From contig OX638316.1 in assembly GCA_951812525.1 (NCBI GenBank), positions 2,472,506-2,536,505 of the forward strand: 64,000 bases of DNA, written 5' to 3'. The number at the start of each line of letters is the position of its first letter. Positions within the stretch are counted from its first letter, which is position 1. Positions 1-9,179 of this stretch are shown here, piece after piece. A model generated the notes under the pieces. The model saw nothing but the letters and a program-made list of their open reading frames with translations, was not told the origin of the DNA and did no database searches. The DNA comes from an uncultured Poribacteria bacterium (lineage in GTDB: Bacteria > Poribacteria > WGA-4E > WGA-3G). Position numbers and translations under genes: made by a program.

Positions 1-83
1 TCTAAATAGACATGCTTTCCGAAGAGTGAGATCACAACGAATACCAGAATTAAACGGAAGAGTGTAATCAGATTCGCAATCAT
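1..83 (-). CDS. Partial CDS (N-terminus only, runs off the window start): small hydrophobic, membrane-like N-terminus MIANLITLFRLILVFVVISLFGKHVYL
   Basis: ATG at 83..81 on the minus strand. It is preceded by an AAGGAG ribosome-binding site with a 6-nt spacer (reverse complement of 90..95). The reading frame stays open to position 1. Confidence 0.35.
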   Translation of the reverse strand, partial: MIANLITLFRLILVFVVISLFGKHVYL

Positions 84-229
84 GTTTTGCTCCTTTATTG
101 GGTGAGGTCCGTGTGCATCAGTTCTATTTAGATTTAGTGTTCTTCTTTATTTCTCTTTCTTCTTTAAGCGTAACGTAACCATATCACTAAAAACAATGCT
201 AATTTCACGAGTGAAAGGAAACCTATTCT

Positions 230-1834
230 ATGAACGAAAATAGCAAACCTAACATTGTCCTTATTCTGAACGATGATATGGGCTTTTCAGATTTAGGCTG
301 CTACGGCGGCGAAGTCCATACACCGAATCTTGACCGGCTCGCTACTGGTGGACTACGGTTTACACAGTTTTACAATACCGCGCGGTGCTGTCCGTCCCGG
401 GCATCCATGCTGACTGGGCTACATCCCCACCAAACTGGGGTGGGGCACATGATGGACAACGATGGACTTGAAGGTTATCGAGGCGACCTGAATGACCGCT
501 GTATTACTATCGCCGATGCTGTCCGTTCGGAAGGCTACGGCACATATATGAGCGGAAAATGGCATATCTCTCGGCATAGCGGTGCAGACGGTCCCAAACA
601 TAGCTGGCCCTGCCAGCGCGGGTTTGACGAGTATTATGGTATTATTACCGGTGCTGCTAATTTCTGGAAACCCCATACCCTTACCCGCAATAACACACGT
701 ATCCAGCACGATGAACTCCCTGCCGGGTACTTTCTCACGGATGCGATCAGCGATGAAGCAACGACGTTTATTCGGAACCACACTGAAAAAACACCAGAAC
801 GTCCATTCTTCACCTATGTCGCTTACACAGCACCGCACTGGCCCCTGCACGCCCATGAAGAAGATATTGCTCTTTACAATGGACGTTTCGCTGCTGGGTG
901 GGATGAACTACGAGAAGAACGGCTCTCACGGATGCGGGAAATGCAGATTTTAGATGAGACGTGGCAGCTTACGGCACGAGACCCCTCACAGTTACCTTGG
1001 AGCGAAGCAGAATATAAAGAGTGGAATCAGCGTCGCATGGAGGTCTATGCAGCGCAAATCACCCGTATGGACGCAGGCATAGGGCGAATTATCAATACGT
1101 TGGAAGAGACAGGTCAACTCGACAACACGCTCATCCTCTTTTTAGCCGATAATGGCGGCTGCGCGGAGGAACTCGGAGGTCCGCCGGCAGTCCGAGATAG
1201 CGGTTCACTAATTAGTACCCAAACTACTTCCGATGGGCGACCTGTCTATCGCGGCAACGATCCAAGCATCATGCCTGGTCCTGAAACCACCTATCAGAGT
1301 TATGGTGTTCCGTGGGCAAATCTGTCCAATACGCCTTTCCGTGAATACAAGCATTGGGTACATGAAGGCGGTATCTCTACCCCACTGATTGCACATTGGC
1401 CAGAGGCAGTAAAGGCCGCCGGAGAATTGCGACATCAACCGGGACAGCTGCCAGACATTATGGCGACATGCCTTGAAGTTTCAGGCGCAAACTATCCTGA
1501 AGAACACAATGGGAAACCGATTCTGCCGTTAGCAGGAACAAGTTTGGTCCCGATTTTTGATGGAAGGGATAACGGTAAAGAGGTACTTTATTGGGAACAC
1601 GAAGGCAATTGCGCAGTTCGTCAAGATAATTGGAAACTGGTCTGCAAGTTCCCCGGCGATTGGGAGCTTTACGATCTCGCTGCCGAGCGAACAGAGATTA
1701 ACGATCTTGCCCCTAAGCATCCACAAAAGCTCGAAGAACTCTCCGGACTTTATCGAGACTGGGCAGATCGCAGTCTTATCTATCCATGGGACAAGCTCCA
1801 AGAACTCCGCAGACAGCGTCGCCACGAACGTTAG
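230..1834 (+). CDS. Sulfatase (arylsulfatase family), formylglycine-dependent
   Basis: Sulfatase signature C-C-P-S-R-A-S-M-L-T-G with N-terminal metal-binding DDMGF. An AAAGGAAA ribosome-binding site lies upstream. An in-frame stop at 212..214 excludes a longer N-terminus, so there is no signal peptide. Confidence 0.9.
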   Translation: MNENSKPNIVLILNDDMGFSDLGCYGGEVHTPNLDRLATGGLRFTQFYNTARCCPSRASMLTGLHPHQTGVGHMMDNDGLEGYRGDLNDRCITIADAVRSEGYGTYMSGKWHISRHSGADGPKHSWPCQRGFDEYYGIITGAANFWKPHTLTRNNTRIQHDELPAGYFLTDAISDEATTFIRNHTEKTPERPFFTYVAYTAPHWPLHAHEEDIALYNGRFAAGWDELREERLSRMREMQILDETWQLTARDPSQLPWSEAEYKEWNQRRMEVYAAQITRMDAGIGRIINTLEETGQLDNTLILFLADNGGCAEELGGPPAVRDSGSLISTQTTSDGRPVYRGNDPSIMPGPETTYQSYGVPWANLSNTPFREYKHWVHEGGISTPLIAHWPEAVKAAGELRHQPGQLPDIMATCLEVSGANYPEEHNGKPILPLAGTSLVPIFDGRDNGKEVLYWEHEGNCAVRQDNWKLVCKFPGDWELYDLAAERTEINDLAPKHPQKLEELSGLYRDWADRSLIYPWDKLQELRRQRRHER

Positions 1835-1870
1835 TTTGTTTGGGCGGGACTGAAGTCCCGCCCTTCTCAT
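1835..1870. terminator. Bidirectional rho-independent terminator between convergent genes
   Basis: Perfect 9-bp GC-rich inverted repeat GGGCGGGAC-tgaa-GTCCCGCCC (1842..1863). It is flanked by TTTGTTT on one side and TTCTCATTT on the other. Confidence 0.6.
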
Positions 1871-2965
1871 TTAAGCACACGGAAGCATCTTCAAACAGAC
1901 AGGCATCGGTACTTCTGCTACGTGTCCTGTCGCATTTAATTCGCCGGTTTCCTGATCAATAGCAAATGTCACAACCGTATCTGTCTGTTGATTTGCGGCA
2001 AAGAGGAATGTGCCTTCTGGGTTCAGCCCGAAGTTTCGCGGGGTCTGTCCTTGCGTAGATTCGTAACCGATAGGACTCAGCATTCCGGTCTCCGAATCAA
2101 TCGCGCAAATGGCGATGCTATCATGCCCGCGGTTTGACCCATACAGAAATTTCCCAGACGGATGGACGTGAACATCAGCGCAGTGGCTCCTGCCGTCGAA
2201 ATCGTCGGGAAGCGTAGAAACCGTCTGGAATTCTGTAAGTGTTCCAGCACTCGCGTCATATCGAAAGGCGGTGAAGGTTGAGTCTAGTTCATTAATCACG
2301 TATGCGTACTGTCCATTCGGATGGAAATCGAAGTGGCGGGGTCCCGCACCGGGATGCACGCGCGCCCACGGTTGTGTATTAGGCGTAAGTTTGCCGTTTT
2401 CTGCATCCAACTGGTAAATAAGAACTTTATCGATTCCAAGGTCAGGCGAAAACGCGTAGCGATTACCCGCATCGATCATAATTGAGTGGGCGTGAGGTTC
2501 CATCTGTCTATCTGGATTGATACTGGACCCTTCGTGCTGCACGAAATCAGAGGCTTCACTGAGTCTTCCGTCCGATTCTATTAAAAAAGCAGTAACACTC
2601 CCACCACCATAATTCGCCACGAGCAGGCTTTTACCGGTCGCGTCTACACTCAGATGACATGGAGCACCTCCACCGGTCGCACGTTGGTTCAGGTAGCTGA
2701 TTTCTCCTGTGTCTCGGTGAATGTAGAACGCCGTAACGGCACCGCTGGCTTCACCCTCAAACTCGTTGAGTTCGTTGACAGCAAAGAGGTACTGTCCGCT
2801 CGGATGTATCTCCAAAAACGAGGGATTTTCAACACCTGTTATCTTGCTACTATATTCTAGGGCACCCGTCACGCCATCTAAGCGGTAGACGTAAATTCCC
2901 TCGCTATCTCCGTGCGTGTAAGTGCCAACATAAACGAAATAATCTTGGTTGTTCTGTTGCGCCAT
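1871..2965 (-). CDS. pgl: Lactonase, 7-bladed beta-propeller family (6-phosphogluconolactonase-like)
   Basis: N-terminus MAQQNNQDYFVYVGTYT, with repeated blades along the length, typical of the 3-carboxymuconate cyclase/6PGL-type propeller. No signal peptide. Confidence 0.75.
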   Translation of the reverse strand: MAQQNNQDYFVYVGTYTHGDSEGIYVYRLDGVTGALEYSSKITGVENPSFLEIHPSGQYLFAVNELNEFEGEASGAVTAFYIHRDTGEISYLNQRATGGGAPCHLSVDATGKSLLVANYGGGSVTAFLIESDGRLSEASDFVQHEGSSINPDRQMEPHAHSIMIDAGNRYAFSPDLGIDKVLIYQLDAENGKLTPNTQPWARVHPGAGPRHFDFHPNGQYAYVINELDSTFTAFRYDASAGTLTEFQTVSTLPDDFDGRSHCADVHVHPSGKFLYGSNRGHDSIAICAIDSETGMLSPIGYESTQGQTPRNFGLNPEGTFLFAANQQTDTVVTFAIDQETGELNATGHVAEVPMPVCLKMLPCA

Positions 2966-2979
2966 TATTCATAATCTCC

Positions 2980-4590
2980 TTATGAAACTTTAAAACGAAT
3001 CGTATTTTCTTCGCTTTCATGATAACCGATGCGGATCGCTTTCGCTCGCACGGTGGTTTCGCCTGCTGGTATGCGTAGCGGGTCGGTGTACAATCGCCAA
3101 TGTGCATCATCACCTTGTTCAGTCGTGTAGGCGATTGATGCTCCCTGTGTAGAGCAGTGAAGTTGCAAAACAACAGGAGCCGACCACTCACTATCTTCTA
3201 CTGCCACCGTTGTACCGGGATGTTCAGCATTAATCGGAATAAAAATGGGAACCGCTGTTTCTGGTTGTATACCATCAGGATACCACCGCGCCACCATCTG
3301 TTCTTCGGATATATCCCCCATATCACCGAATTCTGACTGCCACTGCGTCAGCGCGCCGCGCATCCGTGCTAACACATTGTGATGTTCAGGATCTGTTGCC
3401 AAATTGTTAAGTTCATACCGATCGTTTTCGACATCGTAAAGTTCTTCCGCAGGACGCGGAGAGCGGAACATAACCGCTTGATCTCCTTCCAATTCGCCAG
3501 CGGCGTACAACCGCCACATCTCCTGCATGATTGGGTGTCGATTACGATACGGAATCCAGAGCAGATAAGGTTTTTCAGGATAATAATTTCTGATGTATTT
3601 ATACCGTTTGTCACGTACAGCGCGCACCATGTCGTAAGATTCATCGTACCGGTCGCGCGTAGCGAAAATATATTCACGTTCGATCTTCTCTGCTCCGAGG
3701 AAGGGTTGTCCCTGTAGATGTGCCGGTGCCTGCACACCACAAAGCGAAAGCACTGATGGACCGAGATCAATCAGACTTACCAGTTGTTCACTGACACTGC
3801 CGGGAGCGAGAGAATCGGGCCACCGCACAATCAAGGGTATGCGAATACCGGCATCGTAGGGCCACCGTTTTCCGCGTGGAAGTCCTTCGCCATGGTCGCT
3901 CCAGAGAAAGACGATGGTATTCTCTGCAAGTCCGTCTTCTTCTAATTGGTCTAAGAGTTCGCCGACACGGGCATCAGCGCTCATAAGATTATCGTATTGA
4001 CGTGCCAATGCCTGCCGCGCTTTCGGCGTATCCGGTAGATATGGTGGTAACTCCACATCATCAGGATTTGTAGTGGTCGTCAACGGACGATCCTCCCGTT
4101 CCCACATACCACTTTCATGTGTAACACCCGGATTGAAGACCGAAAAGAACGGTTGACCGGCTTCACGATTTCGCCAATGACCGGTGTTATCACATACATC
4201 CCACGCCGTGATCGGTGGCGTAAACTGATAGTCGGTCTTACTATTGTTGGTGCAGTAGTAGCCTGCGCCTCTGAGGTATTCGGTGAAGGTCTTGACGTAG
4301 GGAGGTGGTACTGCAGAATATGGGGTTGGCATGTCTGGTGTGTGCTCGTTCGTGTGCGCTGTCCGCATGTGGTGTGTACCGATTGAGGTCTGATACATGC
4401 CGGTGATGATAGCGGAACGGCTCGGGGCACAGACTCCAGCAGTCGAAAACGCATTCGGGAACCGACACCCACCCGCAGCAAGCCGGTCGATATTAGGCGT
4501 ACGTGCGACTGGGTCTCCGTAACAACCGAAACGCGGAGTTGTATCCTCTACAGAGATCCAAAGGATATTCGGGCGATCTGATGTACTCAT
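2980..4590 (-). CDS. Sulfatase (N-terminal sulfatase domain plus C-terminal domain)
   Basis: C-A-P-S-R-S-A-I-I-T-G-M-Y signature. GGAAG ribosome-binding site upstream. In-frame stops (TAA, TAG) sit immediately upstream of the ATG, so there is no signal peptide. Confidence 0.9.
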   Translation of the reverse strand: MSTSDRPNILWISVEDTTPRFGCYGDPVARTPNIDRLAAGGCRFPNAFSTAGVCAPSRSAIITGMYQTSIGTHHMRTAHTNEHTPDMPTPYSAVPPPYVKTFTEYLRGAGYYCTNNSKTDYQFTPPITAWDVCDNTGHWRNREAGQPFFSVFNPGVTHESGMWEREDRPLTTTTNPDDVELPPYLPDTPKARQALARQYDNLMSADARVGELLDQLEEDGLAENTIVFLWSDHGEGLPRGKRWPYDAGIRIPLIVRWPDSLAPGSVSEQLVSLIDLGPSVLSLCGVQAPAHLQGQPFLGAEKIEREYIFATRDRYDESYDMVRAVRDKRYKYIRNYYPEKPYLLWIPYRNRHPIMQEMWRLYAAGELEGDQAVMFRSPRPAEELYDVENDRYELNNLATDPEHHNVLARMRGALTQWQSEFGDMGDISEEQMVARWYPDGIQPETAVPIFIPINAEHPGTTVAVEDSEWSAPVVLQLHCSTQGASIAYTTEQGDDAHWRLYTDPLRIPAGETTVRAKAIRIGYHESEENTIRFKVS

Positions 4591-4677
4591 TACAACTTCC
4601 TTTTTTTACTAATGATTGTACGCCAAACAGCGATTTAAGTCAATCTGCTTTTGGGGTATACAAGGTCATTCGGTTCG

Positions 4678-4733
4678 CTTGTAGGAGCGATCTCCCGATC
4701 GCGACTTTCTCTTGTAGGAGGGATCTCCGAATC
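4678..4733. repeat. Two 23-bp direct repeats (20/23 identical), period 33 bp, in a 608-bp divergent non-coding region
   Basis: Copy 1 is CTTGTAGGAGCGATCTCCCGATC at 4678..4700. Copy 2 is CTTGTAGGAGGGATCTCCGAATC at 4711..4733. Each contains the sequence GGAG-N4-CTCC with dyad symmetry. Confidence 0.6.
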
Positions 4734-4961
4734 CTGACTGAAAATCGCAGATTGGGGAGCTCTGTGGATTCCATGGACATTCAGTTTCAGCGAAAGGGCT
4801 GTATTTTAACAGGTAAATTTACGGATCTTTCACAGAGCATTTTTTGAAGCGTCGGTTTTACAGACTTCTCGGACTTGCATTGCTTTTCTCCGTGAAATGA
4901 CCTATATGCTATTAAACTATGGTAAGTTCTAAAAATAAATGAACATTTCCTCGTCCTGGTA

Positions 4962-4983
4962 GGCGAAGTTTCCTAACTTCGCC
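4962..4983. promoter_or_regulatory. Perfect 9-bp stem hairpin GGCGAAGTT-tccta-AACTTCGCC in the non-coding region upstream of the SIS-domain gene
   Basis: Read directly from the sequence. No T-run follows, so it is not a canonical terminator. Confidence 0.4.
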
Positions 4984-5198
4984 GGTGCAGAGTGTATACG
5001 TAATTCTAAAATTTACCATAAATGACCGTACTGGAGATTCGTAAAAGCATTGCAAGTACCTCAGGACTGTGATAAAATGGTGTTTACGTTCTGCAACATG
5101 GGCTTACAAATTGTTCTGTCAAGTTTGCATAAAATTTTTTAGTAGGATTTCTTACTAAATCTCACAACCAAGCGAGCGAGGCTACAGCACATAACATT

Positions 5199-5966
5199 AT
5201 GGGCACTTCTTATCTACGTTATCTACACGCCGCACAAGATGTTCTGAAACAAATTGAATCGACACAAACTGATGCAATCGCACATGCCTCCGAGATGTGC
5301 GCAGAAACAATAGCAGCAGATGGACTTGTCTATCTATTCGGTTCTGGGCATTCCCGTATGGCTGTTGAAGAAATTTTCCCACGTTACGGCAGTTTTCCAG
5401 GCTTCTTTCCTATTGTTGAGTTAGCCGTTACCTTTCACAATCAAGTTGTCGGTTGCAACGGTCAACGCCAAGCGCTCTTTTTAGAAAACGTTTCAGGCTA
5501 TGCAGAAGTGATCTTACGCAACTTCACCTTCGGTCCCCACGACTGTATGATAGTGTTTTCCAATTCTGGGACGAATATCCTTCCTGTTGAAATGGCGATG
5601 GGTGCTAAAGCGCACGGTCTTCCACTGATTGCGGTGACCTCTATTGCACACAGCCGCGCATCTACTTCAAAACACACCTCTGGCAAACGTTTGTTTGAGA
5701 TCGCCGACCTCACAATTGACAACTGCAATCCACCGGGCGATGCCGTCGTAGAAATCCCGAATTTAGCGTATCCGGTGGGTCCCACCTCCAGTATCGGCAC
5801 GCTGTCCATTGTGAATGCGATTAAGTGTCAAGTCGCCGAGCTGCTGACGGAACGCGGAAAACCGCCTGTTGTCCTGACCGGTGCCCACTTCCTCGGTCCT
5901 GAAGAATCAGCAAAGCAGATTGAACGGGCTTATGACGATTACAAGGCGCGTGTCCATGGAAGTTAA
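5199..5966 (+). CDS. SIS (sugar isomerase) domain protein, UPF0309-like
   Basis: Motifs VYLFGSGHS and FSNSGTN are typical of single SIS-domain phosphosugar-binding proteins. Confidence 0.65.
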   Translation: MGTSYLRYLHAAQDVLKQIESTQTDAIAHASEMCAETIAADGLVYLFGSGHSRMAVEEIFPRYGSFPGFFPIVELAVTFHNQVVGCNGQRQALFLENVSGYAEVILRNFTFGPHDCMIVFSNSGTNILPVEMAMGAKAHGLPLIAVTSIAHSRASTSKHTSGKRLFEIADLTIDNCNPPGDAVVEIPNLAYPVGPTSSIGTLSIVNAIKCQVAELLTERGKPPVVLTGAHFLGPEESAKQIERAYDDYKARVHGS

Positions 5967-5984
5967 CGCTACGCAATTTTTCCG

Positions 5985-6013
5985 TTGACATCTCTCGTAC
6001 AAACCTATATACT
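5985..6013 (+). promoter_or_regulatory. Sigma-70-type promoter TTGACA-17-TATACT for the nadD operon
   Basis: TTGACA at 5985..5990, a 17-bp spacer, then TATACT at 6008..6013. It lies about 60 bp upstream of the nadD start. Confidence 0.5.
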
Positions 6014-6075
6014 TTAAAAGCAGAACAGAGAAATGCTGGATTTACGAAATCGAGTGGGATCTGTAGGACATTCTG

Positions 6076-6675
6076 ATGCTGAATACTACAAAAAGAATCG
6101 CTGTGATGGGTGGGACATTCAACCCAATCCATTACGCGCACCTGCTAAGCGCAGAACAGGTTCGGACAGGACTCGGCTATGATAGAATCCTGTTTATCCC
6201 TTCTGCTAGACCGCCTCACAAGGTTTCTGATGCTGATATTATCGCACCCGAACATCGGTACCAGATGGTAGTTTTGGCGATCGAAGAAAATCCGCATTTT
6301 GAAGTATCACGTATTGAATTGGATCGGGCGGGTCCGTCATACACTATTGAGACCTTGAAAGCCTTGGAACAACTTTACGGGAACACCAACGAACTGGGAT
6401 GGATTATTGGAGCAGATTCGCTTATTGAATATAAAATCTGGAAGAACTTTGATGAAGTGTTGGCACGATGCGTTATGATCGCAACAACACGTCCGAATTA
6501 CGATCTAAATCGGGTGCCGCCGGAGGTACGCAATGGGGTTACGACGTTTCCGATAACAGGTGTTGATATATCTGCAACAGTAATTCGAGAACGGATCAGG
6601 AAACGGCTTTCAATTCGCTATCTTGTACCAGAAACCGTTCGGTCATACATCCATCACCATGAGTTGTATCAGTAA
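6076..6675 (+). CDS. nadD: Nicotinate-nucleotide adenylyltransferase
   Basis: GGTFNPIHYAHL (H/T-x-G-H class nucleotidyltransferase motif). The length of about 200 aa fits. Confidence 0.9.
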   Translation: MLNTTKRIAVMGGTFNPIHYAHLLSAEQVRTGLGYDRILFIPSARPPHKVSDADIIAPEHRYQMVVLAIEENPHFEVSRIELDRAGPSYTIETLKALEQLYGNTNELGWIIGADSLIEYKIWKNFDEVLARCVMIATTRPNYDLNRVPPEVRNGVTTFPITGVDISATVIRERIRKRLSIRYLVPETVRSYIHHHELYQ

Positions 6676-6717
6676 CCGAAGCCATCGCTTCGGAATAGGC
6701 AATAGGGACATAGAGAT

Positions 6718-6951
6718 ATGCAACACACATGCAGTATATGCGGAACAGTTTACAATTTTGTGTGGAAAGAAGGGACACCTTTACCAAAAAATTTTCCGTT
6801 CTGTAGCGCACGATGTAAGGCAGCAGACTTGACTAAATGGTTAAATGAAGAGTATGCTATCACGACTCCGTTGCCTAACACGATATTGTCGGACACTGAG
6901 CGGGAACTCCTTGCCGAATTGGGTATAGACCTTGATGACGACGGCAGCTAA
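6718..6951 (+). CDS. yacG: YacG-like zinc-ribbon protein (DNA gyrase inhibitor family)
   Basis: C-S-I-C ... P-F-C-S-A-R-C-K-A-A-D-L-T-K-W matches the YacG C4 zinc finger and its FCSxRCxxxDLxxW signature. Confidence 0.6.
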   Translation: MQHTCSICGTVYNFVWKEGTPLPKNFPFCSARCKAADLTKWLNEEYAITTPLPNTILSDTERELLAELGIDLDDDGS

Positions 6952-6972
6952 AACGGTGAAGGTTTACATAAT

Positions 6973-7626
6973 ATGGACTTGCAAGGAACATCTGACAACG
7001 CTCTAAATCTGCAAAATAGTAAGACTGCTTCCACGTTGGCGGTGCTCCGAGCACACCCGAAGTCGACTGAAATTCAGAAGTACCTTTCAGAAAAGTTGAG
7101 TGTGAAACGCCTTCAGCATGTACTCTCCGTCCAAGAGATGGCAGTTGACTTGGCACGTATCCACAAAGCAGATGTATGGCACGCCAGCCTCGCGGCACTT
7201 CTACACGACAGTGCAAAGTGGATGAGCACCGAAAAGTTGTATGCAGAGGTGGAACGTTATGGAATTCGCCTCGATCCGGTTGAGAAATTGAATCCTTCAC
7301 TTTTGCATTCACTCGTCGGCGCAGAACTAGCAATAGAAAAGTTTGGAGTAACCGAGTTTGAGGTCCTCGAAGCGGTTCGCAACCATACGACCGGTCGCCC
7401 ATCAATGGGAATTATTTCACGGGTGCTATACGTCGCAGATTTTGCAGAGCCGATGCGTACGTATGATGAAGCGCATGTTGTCAGGAAGTTTGCATATACA
7501 GAGTTGGAACGGGCAGTACATCACGTTGCTCGCGCAGGGATTGAACGTCTTCTACAAAAAGGAGTAATGATTCATCCAAACACACTTCATACGTATAACG
7601 AGATGTTTGTTAATACTGAAAGTTAA
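6973..7626 (+). CDS. yqeK: HD-domain bis(5'-nucleosyl)-tetraphosphatase (YqeK family)
   Basis: HD-domain motifs (HV...LLHD). The position immediately downstream of nadD is the conserved nadD-yqeK-rsfS arrangement. Confidence 0.8.
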   Translation: MDLQGTSDNALNLQNSKTASTLAVLRAHPKSTEIQKYLSEKLSVKRLQHVLSVQEMAVDLARIHKADVWHASLAALLHDSAKWMSTEKLYAEVERYGIRLDPVEKLNPSLLHSLVGAELAIEKFGVTEFEVLEAVRNHTTGRPSMGIISRVLYVADFAEPMRTYDEAHVVRKFAYTELERAVHHVARAGIERLLQKGVMIHPNTLHTYNEMFVNTES

Positions 7627-7642
7627 ATGAAATGTAAAGACG

Positions 7643-8158
7643 ATGTTCGTGCTTCATCCAATAGCAGCTGAGAGCAGTAAGGAAAATCAAATGGCAGAAA
7701 ACAACACATTAGAAATAGTAAAGGCCGCGGCTTCTGCCGCGATGAGCCGACGGGCACAAAACGGAGTTATCCTCGATCTGCGTGAACTTGATTGTTTTAC
7801 GGACTTTTTTGCAATTTTCAGCGGTGTTTCTGATATTCAGATCGAAGGTATTTCCCAAGCTGTCCTTGAGGAGCTTGAAACGAATTGGGCACAGCGTCCT
7901 TGGCACCAAGAAGGCGAGCGTAAAGCGGATTGGATTCTATTGGACTACGTCGATTTTGTTGTCCATGTCTTCCTTGCCGAGAGACGTTCTTATTATAACC
8001 TTGAGCGTTTGTGGGCTGAGGCGGAGCGCATAGAATTGCCGGAATTGGACATTCCTGGGCATCTGGTGTCTACGTCAGACGACGCAGCGGAGGACGGTGT
8101 GGACCCTGATGGAGCGTTGGTTTTCGGGGATCGTGAGAAAGGTCCGTCTGAGGAGTAA
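7643..8158 (+). CDS. rsfS: Ribosomal silencing factor RsfS (Iojap family) with an acidic C-terminal extension
   Basis: Iojap core ILDLRELDCFTDFFAIFSG...DWILLDYVDFVVHVF. The true start may be the internal Met at 7691 (MAENN). The last roughly 45 residues are acidic and low-complexity. Confidence 0.85.
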   Translation: MFVLHPIAAESSKENQMAENNTLEIVKAAASAAMSRRAQNGVILDLRELDCFTDFFAIFSGVSDIQIEGISQAVLEELETNWAQRPWHQEGERKADWILLDYVDFVVHVFLAERRSYYNLERLWAEAERIELPELDIPGHLVSTSDDAAEDGVDPDGALVFGDREKGPSEE

Positions 8159-8204
8159 ATCGTTCTCTAAATGGGAGGGTTACCGACAAGCGCAAATATA
8201 TGGG

Positions 8205-8939
8205 CTAATCGACGCTTACAAGGAGCACAGTAACGTTATCCGTACCGCCATAATCGAGTGCTGTATTGACAAGGTTATCGCACGCTTCCTCAAGATTGGC
8301 AGCAGACACGATGATGTCGGCGATTTCTTGGTCGTCCACGATTAAGTCGTGCAAGCCATCGGTGCAAGCAACAACAATGTCACCGCGGACAAGCGGATAG
8401 GCATCAGCATTAACAGTGACTGTCGGCCTCAATCCGATCGCTTGTGTAATGATATTCCGTTTCTCGTGAACACGGCCCTCTTCAGGCGTTATTTCGCCTT
8501 GTTCGACCATTTTTTGAACGAAGGAGTCGTCTGTCGTTATCTGTGTGAGTTTTCTATCGCGTAAGACGTAAAGCCGACTATCACCGACGTGGACATAGGC
8601 AAGGTAACTGAAAGTGACAAAACCAGCGATTAGAGTTGTCCCCATGCCGCGGGCTTTACCTCCGTTTTTGGAGAGAGTGTGGATCTGTTGGTTCGCTTCC
8701 TCAGCAAGTTCACTCAAAACGGCAAGCCTCTTCATCGGACCCAAGTCGCTATGTGGGGATGCCTGTGCTTGTCCCCACTCTTGAATAACGTCAAGAGCGA
8801 GCTTGCTTGCTAGATCGCCTCGTTCGTGACCACTCATGCCGTCGGCGATAGCAAACAACTGAAGCTGCCTATCAAAATAGTATAGATCTTCGTTTCTGTC
8901 ACGAAGTCTACCTGTGTCCGTTTTTGCTGCAAATTGCAT
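8205..8939 (-). CDS. PP2C-family Ser/Thr protein phosphatase (Stp-like)
   Basis: PP2C motifs are present: TDTGRLRDRNED, FAIADGMSGHERGD, DGLHD, GGTDNVTV. Confidence 0.85.
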   Translation of the reverse strand: MQFAAKTDTGRLRDRNEDLYYFDRQLQLFAIADGMSGHERGDLASKLALDVIQEWGQAQASPHSDLGPMKRLAVLSELAEEANQQIHTLSKNGGKARGMGTTLIAGFVTFSYLAYVHVGDSRLYVLRDRKLTQITTDDSFVQKMVEQGEITPEEGRVHEKRNIITQAIGLRPTVTVNADAYPLVRGDIVVACTDGLHDLIVDDQEIADIIVSAANLEEACDNLVNTALDYGGTDNVTVLLVSVD

Positions 8940-9179
8940 TTTTTCTTATCATCCGCCTGCAATGTAGTCAACAGGACAAAGAGTTATTGTACGTATTTTA
9001 TATTCGGGGAAGGTGCCAAATTCACTTAGCAAAACCGTTAATTTTCCCGTGCATCGATAGTAAAAACGTATAGGATAGGTGTTTGGTTTCAAAATTATGG
9101 CATGACCTGTCATTAATAATATAGAAAACGCAAAATGTGGCAAAGCGTAGGTTTCCAAGACCTTCTCTAAAAAGTTGAT

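Noticed and set aside
4848-5198. Possible glmS-type ribozyme or riboswitch upstream of the SIS-domain gene
   Set aside because: GlmS carries SIS domains, which prompted the idea. The conserved glmS ribozyme core (AGCGCCAGAACU) is absent, and the SIS protein here is a short single-domain protein, not GlmS.
8940-9179. 69-aa ORF (8949..9158, minus strand) in the divergent region between the PP2C phosphatase and the propeller gene
   Set aside because: No ribosome-binding site and odd composition. It occupies what should be the divergent promoter region, so it is probably non-coding.
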